64,000 bases of DNA from the NCBI GenBank assembly GCA_964016885.1, contig CAXHJY010000598.1, positions 1 to 64,000 on the forward strand. The letters run 5' to 3'. Shown here piece after piece: positions 25,301 to 38,898 of the stretch. Numbering within the stretch: position 1 is the stretch's first letter; every line of letters begins with the position of its first letter. The notes beneath the pieces are model-generated. The model ran no database searches. It was not told the DNA's origin and worked only from the letters and a program-made list of their open reading frames with translations. The translations under genes were made by a program, and so were the position numbers. Origin of the DNA: Eledone cirrhosa (lineage: Eukaryota).

Positions 25301-27540
25301 TGTTAAACGTCAACAAAGTCCGCCGGCGAATGGTGTGCTTCGAAGAAAACGAATCCAAAAATGACGATTTGCCGGCGGAGTTACCTTTTCAATCGCGGGC
25401 CGGCCGCCCGTGGTCGGATAGATCTGTAATTACTGGTACATGTGCAGACACTCATTGGCTATGTGCGGCGTGAATTTCAGCAAGATATCTCCGTAAAATC
25501 AATAGTTGTGGCTGTGGAACCAAACCGTGTTAAACGTCAACAAAGTCCGCCGGCGAATGGTGTGCTTCGAAGAAAACGAATCCAAAAATGACGATTTGCC
25601 GGCGGAGTTACCTTTTCAATCGCGGGCCGGCCGCCCGTGGTCAGATCGATCTGTAATTACTGGTACATGTGCAGACACTCATTGGCTATGTGCGGCGTGA
25701 ATTTCAGCAAGATATCTCCGTAAAATCAATAGTTGTGGCTGTGGAACCAAACCGTGTTAAACGTCAACAAAGTCCGCCGGCGAATGGTGTGCTTCGAAGA
25801 AAACGAATCCAAAAATGACGATTTGCCGGCGGAGTTACCTTTTCAATCGCGGGCCGGCCGCCCGTGGTCGGATCGATCTGTAATTACTGGTACATGTGCA
25901 GACACTCATTGGCTATGTGTGGCGTGAATTTCAGCAAGATATCTCCGTAAATTCAATAGTTGTGGCTGTGGAACCAAACCGTGTTAAACGTCAACAAAGT
26001 CCGCCGGCGAATGGTGTGCTTCGAAGAAAACGAATCCAAAAATGACGATTTGCCGGCGGAGTTACCTTTTTAATCGCGGGCCGGCCGCCCGTGGTCGGAT
26101 CGATCTGTAATTACTGGTACATGTGCAGACACTCATTGGCTATGTGTGGCGTGAATTTCAGCAAGATATCTCCGTAAAATCAATAGTTGTGGCTGTGGAA
26201 CCAAACCGTGTTAAACGTCAACAAAGTCCGCCGGCGAATGGTGTGCTTCGAAGAAAACGAATCCAAAAATGACGATTTGCCGGCGGAGTTACCTTTTCAA
26301 TCGCGGGCCGGCCGCCCGTGGTCGGATCGATCTGTAATTACTGGTACATGTGCAGACACTCATTGGCTATGTGCGGCGTGAATTTCAGCAAGATATCTCC
26401 GTAAAATCAATAGTTGTGGCTGTGGAACCAAACCGTGTTAAACGTCAACAAAGTCCGCCGGCGAATGGTGTGCTTCGAAGAAAACGAATCCAAAAATGAC
26501 GATTTGCCGGCGGAGTTACCTTTTCAATCGCGGGCCGGCCGCCCGTGGTCGGATCGATCTGTAATTACTGGTACATGTGCAGACACTCATTGGCTATGTG
26601 TGGCGTGAATTTCAGCAAGATATCTCCGTAAAATCAATAGTTGTGGCTGTGGAACCAAACCGTGTTAAACGTCAACAATGTCCGCCGGCGAATGGTGTGC
26701 TTCGAAGAAAACGAATCCAAAAATGACGATTTGCCGGCGGAGTTACCTTTTCAATCGCGGGCCGGCCGCCCGTGGTCGGATCGATCTGTAATTACTGGTA
26801 CATGTGCAGACACTCATTGGCTATGTGCGGCGTGAATTTCAGCAAGATATCTCCGTAAAATCAATAGTTGTGGCTGTGGAACCAAACCGTGTTAAACGTC
26901 AACAAAGTCCGCCGGCGAATGGTGTGCTTCGAAGAAAACGAATCCAAAAATGACGATTTGCCGGCGGAGTTACCTTTTCAATCGCGGGCCGGCCGCCCGT
27001 GGTCGGATCGATCTGTAATTACTGGGACATGTGCAGACACTCATTGGCTATGTGCGGCGTGAATTTCAGCAAGATATCTCCGTAAAATCAATAGTTGTGG
27101 CTGTGGAACCAAACCGTGTTAAACGTCAACAAAGTCCGCCGGCGAATGGTGTGCTTCGAAGAAAACGAATCCAAAAATGACGATTTGCCGGCGGAGTTAC
27201 CTTTTCAATCGCGGGCCGGCCGCCCGTGGTCGGATCGATCTGTAATTACTGGTACATGTGCAGACACTCATTGGCTATGTGTGGCGTGAATTTCAGCAAG
27301 ATATCTCCGTTAATTCAATAGTTGTGGCTGTGGAACCAAACCGTGTTAAACGTCAACAAAGTCCGCCGGCGAATGGTGTGCTTCGAAGAAAACGAATCCA
27401 AAAATGACGATTTGCCGGCGGAGTTACCTTTTCAATCGCGGGCCGGCCGCCCGTGGTCGGATCGATCTGTAATTACTGGTACATGTGCAGACACTCATTG
27501 GCTATGTGTGGCGTGAATTTCAGCAAGATATCTCCGTAAA
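19400..27540. repeat. Higher-order repeat: 11-monomer unit (2497 bp), about 3 copies, with a 22-monomer (4994 bp) super-period
   Basis: K>N ORF variants at 21647/24144/26641. Stop-allele monomers (ORF gaps) at 20966/23463/25960/28457. m13G at 22032/27026 only. ttaattc at 22317/27311 alternates with aaattc at 19820/24814. Confidence 0.9.
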
Positions 27541-30500
27541 TTCAATAGTTGTGGCTGTGGAACCAAACCGTGTTAAACGTCAACAAAGTCCGCCGGCGAA
27601 TGGTGTGCTTCGAAGAAAACGAATCCAAAAATGACGATTTGCCGGCGGAGTTACCTTTTCAATCGCGGGCCGGCCGCCCGTGGTCGGATCGATCTGTAAT
27701 TACTGGTACATGTGCAGACACTCATTGGCTATGTGTGGCGTGAATTTCAGCAAGATATCTCCGTAAAATCAATAGTTGTGGCTGTGGAACCAAACCGTGT
27801 TAAACGTCAACAAAGTCCGCCGGCGAATGGTGTGCTTCGAAGAAAACGAATCCAAAAATGACGATTTGCCGGCGGAGTTACCTTTTCAATCGCGGGCCGG
27901 CCGCCCGTGGTCGGATCGATCTGTAATTACTGGTACATGTGCAGACACTCATTGGCTATGTGTGGCGTGAATTTCAGCAAGATATCTCCGTAAAATCAAT
28001 AGTTGTGGCTGTGGAACCAAACCGTGTTAAACGTCAACAAAGTCCGCCGGCGAATGGTGTGCTTCGAAGAAAACGAATCCAAAAATGACGATTTGCCGGC
28101 GGAGTTACCTTTTCAATCGCGGGCCGGCCGCCCGTGGTCAGATCGATCTGTAATTACTGGTACATGTGCAGACACTCATTGGCTATGTGCGGCGTGAATT
28201 TCAGCAAGATATCTCCGTAAAATCAATAGTTGTGGCTGTGGAACCAAACCGTGTTAAACGTCAACAAAGTCCGCCGGCGAATGGTGTGCTTCGAAGAAAA
28301 CGAATCCAAAAATGACGATTTGCCGGCGGAGTTACCTTTTCAATCGCGGGCCGGCCGCCCGTGGTCGGATCGATCTGTAATTACTGGTACATGTGCAGAC
28401 ACTCATTGGCTATGTGTGGCGTGAATTTCAGCAAGATATCTCCGTAAATTCAATAGTTGTGGCTGTGGAACCAAACCGTGTTAAACGTCAACAAAGTCCG
28501 CCGGCGAATGGTGTGCTTCGAAGAAAACGAATCCAAAAATGACGATTTGCCGGCGGAGTTACCTTTTTAATCGCGGGCCGGCCGCCCGTGGTCGGATCGA
28601 TCTGTAATTACTGGTACATGTGCAGACACTCATTGGCTATGTGTGGCGTGAATTTCAGCAAGATATCTCCGTAAAATCAATAGTTGTGGCTGTGGAACCA
28701 AACCGTGTTAAACGTCAACAAAGTCCGCCGGCGAATGGTGTGCTTCGAAGAAAACGAATCCAAAAATGACGATTTGCCGGCGGAGTTACCTTTTCAATCG
28801 CGGGCCGGCCGCCCGTGGTCGGATCGATCTGTAATTACTGGTACATGTGCAGACACTCATTGGCTATGTGCGGCGTGAATTTCAGCAAGATATCTCCGTA
28901 AAATCAATAGTTGTGGCTGTGGAACCAAACCGTGTTAAACGTCAACAAAGTCCGCCGGCGAATGGTGTGCTTCGAAGAAAACGAATCCAAAAATGACGAT
29001 TTGCCGGCGGAGTTACCTTTTCAATCGCGGGCCGGCCGCCCGTGGTCGGATCGATCTGTAATTACTGGTACATGTGCAGACACTCATTGGCTATGTGCGG
29101 CGTGAATTTCAGCAAGATATCTCCGTAAAATCAATAGTTGTGGCTGTGGAACCAAACCGTGTTAAACGTCAACAAAGTCCGCCGGCGAATGGTGTGCTTC
29201 GAAGAAAACGAATCCAAAAATGACGATTTGCCGGCGGAGTTACCTTTTCAATCGCGGGCCGGCCGCCCGTGGTCGGATCGATCTGTAATTACTGGTACAT
29301 GTGCAGACACTCATTGGCTATGTGTGGCGTGAATTTCAGCAAGATATCTCCGTGAATTCAATAGTTGTGGCTGTGGAACCAAACCGTGTTAAACGTCAAC
29401 AAAGTCCGCCGGCGAATGGTGTGCTTCGAAGAAAACGAATCCAAAAATGACGATTTGCCGGCGGAGTTACCTTTTCAATCGCGGACCGGCCGCCCGTGGT
29501 CGGATCGATCTGTAATTACTGGTACATGTGCAGACACTCATTGGCTATGTGCGGCGTGAATTTCAGCAAGATATCTCCGTAAAATCAATAGTTGTGGCTG
29601 TGGAACCAAACCGTGTTAAACGTCAACAAAGTCCGCCGGCGAATGGTGTGCTTCGAAGAAAACGAATCCAAAAATGACGATTTGCCGGCGGAGTTACCTT
29701 TTCAATCGCGGGCCGGCCGCCCGTGGTCAGATCGATCTGTAATTACTGGTACATGTGCAGACACTCATTGGCTATGTGCGGCGTGAATTTCAGCAAGATA
29801 TCTCCGTAAAATCAATAGTTGTGGCTGTGGAACCAAACCGTGTTAAACGTCAACAAAGTCCGCCGGCGAATGGTGTGCTTCGAAGAAAACGAATCCAAAA
29901 ATGACGATTTGCCGGCGGAGTTACCTTTTCAATCGCGGGCCGGCCGCCCGTGGTCGGATCGATCTGTAATTACTGGTACATGTGCAGACACTCATTGGCT
30001 ATGTGCGGCGTGAATTTCAGCAAGATATCTCCGTAAAATCAATAGTTGTGGCTGTGGAACCAAACCGTGTTAAACGTCAACAAAGTCCGCCGGCGAATGG
30101 TGTGCTTCGAAGAAAACGAATCCAAAAATGACGATTTGCCGGCGGAGTTACCTTTTCAATCGCGGGCCGGCCGCCCGTGGTCGGATCGATCTGTAATTAC
30201 TGGTACATGTGCAGACACTCATTGGCTATGTGTGGCGTGAATTTCAGCAAGATATCTCCGTAAAATCAATAGTTGTGGCTGTGGAACCAAACCGTGTTAA
30301 ACGTCAACAAAGTCCGCCGGCGAATGGTGTGCTTCGAAGAAAACGAATCCAAAAATGACGATTTGCCGGCGGAGTTACCTTTTCAATCGCGGGCCGGCCG
30401 CCCGTGGTCGGATAGATCTGTAATTACTGGTACATGTGCAGACACTCATTGGCTATGTGCGGCGTGAATTTCAGCAAGATATCTCCGTAAAATCAATAGT

Positions 30501-33500
30501 TGTGGCTGTGGAACCAAACCGTGTTAAACGTCAACAAAGTCCGCCGGCGAATGGTGTGCTTCGAAGAAAACGAATCCAAAAATGACGATTTGCCGGCGGA
30601 GTTACCTTTTCAATCGCGGGCCGGCCGCCCGTGGTCGGATCGATCTGTAATTACTGGTACATGTGCAGACACTCATTGGCTATGTGTGCCGTGAATTTCA
30701 GCAAGATATCTCCGTAAATTCAATAGTTGTGGCTGTGGAACCAAACCGTGTTAAACGTCAACAAAGTCCGCCGGCGAATGGTGTGCTTCGAAGAAAACGA
30801 ATCCAAAAATGACGATTTGCCGGCGGAGTTACCTTTTTAATCGCGGGCCGGCCGCCCGTGGTCGGATCGATCTGTAATTACTGGTACATGTGCAGACACT
30901 CATTGGCTATGTGTGGCGTGAATTTCAGCAAGATATCTCCGTAAAATCAATAGTTGTGGCTGTGGAACCAAACCGTGTTAAACGTCAACAAAGTCCGCCG
31001 GCGAATGGTGTGCTTCGAAGAAAACGAATCCAAAAATGACGATTTGCCGGCGGAGTTACCTTTTCAATCGCGGGCCGGCCGCCCGTGGTCGGATCGATCT
31101 GTAATTACTGGTACATGTGCAGACACTCATTGGCTATGTGCGGCGTGAATTTCAGCAAGATATCTCCGTAAAATCAATAGTTGTGGCTGTGGAACCAAAC
31201 CGTGTTAAACGTCAACAAAGTCCGCCGGCGAATGGTGTGCTTCGAAGAAAACGAATCCAAAAATGACGATTTGCCGGCGGAGTTACCTTTTCAATCGCGG
31301 GCCGGCCGCCCGTGGTCGGATCGATCTGTAATTACTGGTACATGTGCAGACACTCATTGGCTATGTGTGGCGTGAATTTCAGCAAGATATCTCCGTGAAT
31401 TCAATAGTTGTGGCTGTGGAACCAAACCGTGTTAAACGTCAACAAAGTCCGCCGGCGAATGGTGTGCTTCGAAGAAAACGAATCCAAAAATGACGATTTG
31501 CCGGCGGAGTTACCTTTTCAATCGCGGACCGGCCGCCCGTGGTCGGATCGATCTGTAATTACTGGTACATGTGCAGACACTCATTGGCTATGTGCGGCGT
31601 GAATTTCAGCAAGATATCTCCGTAAAATCAATAGTTGTGGCTGTGGAACCAAACCGTGTTAAACGTCAACAAAGTCCGCCGGCGAATGGTGTGCTTCGAA
31701 GAAAACGAATCCAAAAATGACGATTTGCCGGCGGAGTTACCTTTTCAATCGCGGGCCGGCCGCCCGTGGTCGGATCGATCTGTAATTACTGGTACATGTG
31801 CAGACACTCATTGGCTATGTGTGGCGTGAATTTCAGCAAGATATCTCCGTAAAATCAATAGTTGTGGCTGTGGAACCAAACCGTGTTAAACGTCAACAAA
31901 GTCCGCCGGCGAATGGTGTGCTTCGAAGAAAACGAATCCAAAAATGACGATTTGCCGGCGGAGTTACCTTTTCAATCGCGGGCCGGCCGCCCGTGGTCGG
32001 ATCGATCTGTAATTACTGGTACATGTGCAGACACTCATTGGCTATGTGTGGCGTGAATTTCAGCAAGATATCTCCGTAAAATCAATAGTTGTGGCTGTGG
32101 AACCAAACCGTGTTAAACGTCAACAAAGTCCGCCGGCGAATGGTGTGCTTCGAAGAAAACGAATCCAAAAATGACGATTTGCCGGCGGAGTTACCTTTTC
32201 AATCGCGGGCCGGCCGCCCGTGGTCGGATAGATCTGTAATTACTGGTACATGTGCAGACACTCATTGGCTATGTGCGGCGTGAATTTCAGCAAGATATCT
32301 CCGTAAAATCAATAGTTGTGGCTGTGGAACCAAACCGTGTTAAACGTCAACAAAGTCCGCCGGCGAATGGTGTGCTTCGAAGAAAACGAATCCAAAAATG
32401 ACGATTTGCCGGCGGAGTTACCTTTTCAATCGCGGGCCGGCCGCCCGTGGTCAGATCGATCTGTAATTACTGGTACATGTGCAGACACTCATTGGCTATG
32501 TGTGGCGTGGATTTCAGCAAGATATCTCCGTAAATTCAATAGTTGTGGCTGTGGAACCAAACCGTGTTAAACGTCAACAAAGTCCGCCGGCGAATGGTGT
32601 GCTTCGAAGAAAACGAATCCAAAAATGACGATTTGCCGGCGGAGTTACCTTTTTAATCGCGGGCCGGCCGCCCGTGGTCGGATCGATCTGTAATTACTGG
32701 TACATGTGCAGACACTCATTGGCTATGTGTGGCGTGAATTTCAGCAAGATATCTCCGTAAAATCAATAGTTGTGGCTGTGGAACCAAACCGTGTTAAACG
32801 TCAACAAAGTCCGCCGGCGAATGGTGTGCTTCGAAGAAAACGAATCCAAAAATGACGATTTGCCGGCGGAGTTACCTTTTCAATCGCGGGCCGGCCGCCC
32901 GTGGTCGGATAGATCTGTAATTACTGGTACATGTGCAGACACTCATTGGCTATGTGCGGCGTGAATTTCAGCAAGATATCTCCGTAAAATCAATAGTTGT
33001 GGCTGTGGAACCAAACCGTGTTAAACGTCAACAAAGTCCGCCGGCGAATGGTGTGCTTCGAAGAAAACGAATCCAAAAATGACGATTTGCCGGCGGAGTT
33101 ACCTTTTCAATCGCGGGCCGGCCGCCCGTGGTCGGATCGATCTGTAATTACTGGTACATGTGCGGACACTCATTGGCTATGTGCGGCGTGAATTTCAGCA
33201 AGATATCTCCGTAAAATCAATAGTTGTGGCTGTGGAACCAAACCGTGTTAAACGTCAACAAAGTCCGCCGGCGAATGGTGTGCTTCGAAGAAAACGAATC
33301 CAAAAATGACGATTTGCCGGCGGAGTTACCTTTTCAATCGCGGGCCGGCCGCCCGTGGTCAGATCGATCTGTAATTACTGGTACATGTGCAGACACTCAT
33401 TGGCTATGTGTGGCGTGAATTTCAGCAAGATATCTCCGTAAATTCAATAGTTGTGGCTGTGGAACCAAACCGTGTTAAACGTCAACAAAGTCCGCCGGCG

Positions 33501-36500
33501 AATGGTGTGCTTCGAAGAAAACGAATCCAAAAATGACGATTTGCCGGCGGAGTTACCTTTTTAATCGCGGGCCGGCCGCCCGTGGTCGGATCGATCTGTA
33601 ATTACTGGTACATGTGCAGACACTCATTGGCTATGTGTGGCGTGAATTTCAGCAAGATATCTCCGTAAAATCAATAGTTGTGGCTGTGGAACCAAACCGT
33701 GTTAAACGTCAACAATGTCCGCCGGCGAATGGTGTGCTTCGAAGAAAACGAATCCAAAAATGACGATTTGCCGGCGGAGTTACCTTTTCAATCGCGGGCC
33801 GGCCGCCCGTGGTCAGATCGATCTGTAATTACTGGTACATGTGCAGACACTCATTGGCTATGTGTGGCGTGGATTTCAGCAAGATATCTCCGTAAATTCA
33901 ATAGTTGTGGCTGTGGAACCAAACCGTGTTAAACGTCAACAAAGTCCGCCGGCGAATGGTGTGCTTCGAAGAAAACGAATCCAAAAATGACGATTTGCCG
34001 GCGGAGTTACCTTTTCAATCGCGGGCCGGCCGCCCGTGGTCGGATCGATCTGTAATTACTGGTACATGTGCAGACACTCATTGGCTATGTGTGGCGTGAA
34101 TTTCAGCAAGATATCTCCGTAAAATCAATAGTTGTGGCTGTGGAACCAAACCGTGTTAAACGTCAACAAAGTCCGCCGGCGAATGGTGTGCTTCGAAGAA
34201 AACGAATCCAAAAATGACGATTTGCCGGCGGAGTTACCTTTTCAATCGCGGGCCGGCCGCCCGTGGTCGGATCGATCTGTAATTACTGGTACATGTGCGG
34301 ACACTCATTGGCTATGTGCGGCGTGAATTTCAGCAAGATATCTCCGTAAAATCAATAGTTGTGGCTGTGGAACCAAACCGTGTTAAACGTCAACAAAGTC
34401 CGCCGGCGAATGGTGTGCTTCGAAGAAAACGAATCCAAAAATGACGATTTGCCGGCGGAGTTACCTTTTCAATCGCGGGCCGGCCGCCCGTGGTCAGATC
34501 GATCTGTAATTACTGGTACATGTGCAGACACTCATTGGCTATGTGTGGCGTGAATTTCAGCAAGATATCTCCGTAAATTCAATAGTTGTGGCTGTGGAAC
34601 CAAACCGTGTTAAACGTCAACAAAGTCCGCCGGCGAATGGTGTGCTTCGAAGAAAACGAATCCAAAAATGACGATTTGCCGGCGGAGTTACCTTTTTAAT
34701 CGCGGGCCGGCCGCCCGTGGTCGGATCGATCTGTAATTACTGGTACATGTGCAGACACTCATTGGCTATGTGTGGCGTGAATTTCAGCAAGATATCTCCG
34801 TAAAATCAATAGTTGTGGCTGTGGAACCAAACCGTGTTAAACGTCAACAAAGTCCGCCGGCGAATGGTGTGCTTCGAAGAAAACGAATCCAAAAATGACG
34901 ATTTGCCGGCGGAGTTACCTTTTCAATCGCGGGCCGGCCGCCCGTGGTCGGATAGATCTGTAATTACTGGGACATGTGCAGACACTCATTGGCTATGTGC
35001 GGCGTGAATTTCAGCAAGATATCTCCGTAAAATCAATAGTTGTGGCTGTGGAACCAAACCGTGTTAAACGTCAACAAAGTCCGCCGGCGAATGGTGTGCT
35101 TCGAAGAAAACGAATCCAAAAATGACGATTTGCCGGCGGAGTTACCTTTTCAATCGCGGGCCGGCCGCCCGTGGTCGGATCGATCTGTAATTACTGGTAC
35201 ATGTGCGGACACTCATTGGCTATGTGCGGCGTGAATTTCAGCAAGATATCTCCGTAAAATCAATAGTTGTGGCTGTGGAACCAAACCGTGTTAAACGTCA
35301 ACAAAGTCCGCCGGCGAATGGTGTGCTTCGAAGAAAACGAATCCAAAAATGACGATTTGCCGGCGGAGTTACCTTTTCAATCGCGGGCCGGCCGCCCGTG
35401 GTCAGATCGATCTGTAATTACTGGTACATGTGCAGACACTCATTGGCTATGTGTGGCGTGAATTTCAGCAAGATATCTCCGTAAATTCAATAGTTGTGGC
35501 TGTGGAACCAAACCGTGTTAAACGTCAACAAAGTCCGCCGGCGAATGGTGTGCTTCGAAGAAAACGAATCCAAAAATGACGATTTGCCGGCGGAGTTACC
35601 TTTTTAATCGCGGGCCGGCCGCCCGTGGTCGGATCGATCTGTAATTACTGGTACATGTGCAGACACTCATTGGCTATGTGTGGCGTGAATTTCAGCAAGA
35701 TATCTCCGTAAAATCAATAGTTGTGGCTGTGGAACCAAACCGTGTTAAACGTCAACAATGTCCGCCGGCGAATGGTGTGCTTCGAAGAAAACGAATCCAA
35801 AAATGACGATTTGCCGGCGGAGTTACCTTTTTAATCGCGGGCCGGCCGCCCGTGGTCGGATCGATCTGTAATTACTGGTACATGTGCAGACACTCATTGG
35901 CTATGTGTGGCGTGAATTTCAGCAAGATATCTCCGTAAAATCAATAGTTGTGGCTGTGGAACCAAACCGTGTTAAACGTCAACAAAGTCCGCCGGCGAAT
36001 GGTGTGCTTCGAAGAAAACGAATCCAAAAATGACGATTTGCCGGCGGAGTTACCTTTTCAATCGCGGGCCGGCCGCCCGTGGTCGGATCGATCTGTAATT
36101 ACTGGTACATGTGCAGACACTCATTGGCTATGTGCGGCGTGAATTTCAGCAAGATATCTCCGTAAAATCAATAGTTGTGGCTGTGGAACCAAACCGTGTT
36201 AAACGTCAACAAAGTCCGCCGGCGAATGGTGTGCTTCGAAGAAAACGAATCCAAAAATGACGATTTGCCGGCGGAGTTACCTTTTCAATCGCGGGCCGGC
36301 CGCCCGTGGTCGGATCGATCTGTAATTACTGGTACATGTGCAGACACTCATTGGCTATGTGTGGCGTGAATTTCAGCAAGATATCTCCGTGAATTCAATA
36401 GTTGTGGCTGTGGAACCAAACCGTGTTAAACGTCAACAAAGTCCGCCGGCGAATGGTGTGCTTCGAAGAAAACGAATCCAAAAATGACGATTTGCCGGCG

Positions 36501-38898
36501 GAGTTACCTTTTCAATCGCGGACCGGCCGCCCGTGGTCGGATCGATCTGTAATTACTGGTACATGTGCAGACACTCATTGGCTATGTGCGGCGTGAATTT
36601 CAGCAAGATATCTCCGTAAAATCAATAGTTGTGGCTGTGGAACCAAACCGTGTTAAACGTCAACAAAGTCCGCCGGCGAATGGTGTGCTTCGAAGAAAAC
36701 GAATCCAAAAATGACGATTTGCCGGCGGAGTTACCTTTTCAATCGCGGGCCGGCCGCCCGTGGTCGGATCGATCTGTAATTACTGGTACATGTGCAGACA
36801 CTCATTGGCTATGTGTGGCGTGAATTTCAGCAAGATATCTCCGTAAAATCAATAGTTGTGGCTGTGGAACCAAACCGTGTTAAACGTCAACAAAGTCCGC
36901 CGGCGAATGGTGTGCTTCGAAGAAAACGAATCCAAAAATGACGATTTGCCGGCGGAGTTACCTTTTCAATCGCGGGCCGGCCGCCCGTGGTCGGATCGAT
37001 CTGTAATTACTGGTACATGTGCAGACACTCATTGGCTATGTGTGGCGTGAATTTCAGCAAGATATCTCCGTAAAATCAATAGTTGTGGCTGTGGAACCAA
37101 ACCGTGTTAAACGTCAACAAAGTCCGCCGGCGAATGGTGTGCTTCGAAGAAAACGAATCCAAAAATGACGATTTGCCGGCGGAGTTACCTTTTCAATCGC
37201 GGGCCGGCCGCCCGTGGTCGGATAGATCTGTAATTACTGGTACATGTGCAGACACTCATTGGCTATGTGCGGCGTGAATTTCAGCAAGATATCTCCGTAA
37301 AATCAATAGTTGTGGCTGTGGAACCAAACCGTGTTAAACGTCAACAAAGTCCGCCGGCGAATGGTGTGCTTCGAAGAAAACGAATCCAAAAATGACGATT
37401 TGCCGGCGGAGTTACCTTTTCAATCGCGGGCCGGCCGCCCGTGGTCGGATCGATCTGTAATTACTGGTACATGTGCGGACACTCATTGGCTATGTGCGGC
37501 GTGAATTTCAGCAAGATATCTCCGTAAAATCAATAGTTGTGGCTGTGGAACCAAACCGTGTTAAACGTCAACAAAGTCCGCCGGCGAATGGTGTGCTTCG
37601 AAGAAAACGAATCCAAAAATGACGATTTGCCGGCGGAGTTACCTTTTCAATCGCGGGCCGGCCGCCCGTGGTCAGATCGATCTGTAATTACTGGTACATG
37701 TGCAGACACTCATTGGCTATGTGCGGCGTGAATTTCAGCAAGATATCTCCGTAAAATCAATAGTTGTGGCTGTGGAACCAAACCGTGTTAAACGTCAACA
37801 AAGTCCGCCGGCGAATGGTGTGCTTCGAAGAAAACGAATCCAAAAATGACGATTTGCCGGCGGAGTTACCTTTTCAATCGCGGGCCGGCCGCCCGTGGTC
37901 AGATCGATCTGTAATTACTGGTACATGTGCAGACACTCATTGGCTATGTGTGGCGTGAATTTCAGCAAGATATCTCCGTAAATTCAATAGTTGTGGCTGT
38001 GGAACCAAACCGTGTTAAACGTCAACAAAGTCCGCCGGCGAATGGTGTGCTTCGAAGAAAACGAATCCAAAAATGACGATTTGCCGGCGGAGTTACCTTT
38101 TCAATCGCGGGCCGGCCGCCCGTGGTCGGATCGATCTGTAATTACTGGTACATGTGCAGACACTCATTGGCTATGTGTGGCGTGAATTTCAGCAAGATAT
38201 CTCCGTGAATTCAATAGTTGTGGCTGTGGAACCAAACCGTGTTAAACGTCAACAAAGTCCGCCGGCGAATGGTGTGCTTCGAAGAAAACGAATCCAAAAA
38301 TGACGATTTGCCGGCGGAGTTACCTTTTCAATCGCGGACCGGCCGCCCGTGGTCGGATCGATCTGTAATTACTGGTACATGTGCAGACACTCATTGGCTA
38401 TGTGCGGCGTGAATTTCAGCAAGATATCTCCGTAAAATCAATAGTTGTGGCTGTGGAACCAAACCGTGTTAAACGTCAACAAAGTCCGCCGGCGAATGGT
38501 GTGCTTCGAAGAAAACGAATCCAAAAATGACGATTTGCCGGCGGAGTTACCTTTTCAATCGCGGGCCGGCCGCCCGTGGTCGGATCGATCTGTAATTACT
38601 GGTACATGTGCAGACACTCATTGGCTATGTGTGGCGTGAATTTCAGCAAGATATCTCCGTAAAATCAATAGTTGTGGCTGTGGAACCAAACCGTGTTAAA
38701 CGTCAACAAAGTCCGCCGGCGAATGGTGTGCTTCGAAGAAAACGAATCCAAAAATGACGATTTGCCGGCGGAGTTACCTTTTCAATCGCGGGCCGGCCGC
38801 CCGTGGTCGGATCGATCTGTAATTACTGGTACATGTGCAGACACTCATTGGCTATGTGTGGCGTGAATTTCAGCAAGATATCTCCGTAAAATCAATAG

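Noticed and set aside
32316-33932. Two longer 84-aa ORFs
   Set aside because: They are caused by the single m49 A>G change (TGA>TGG at 32510 and 33872) reading into the next monomer. Useful as markers only.
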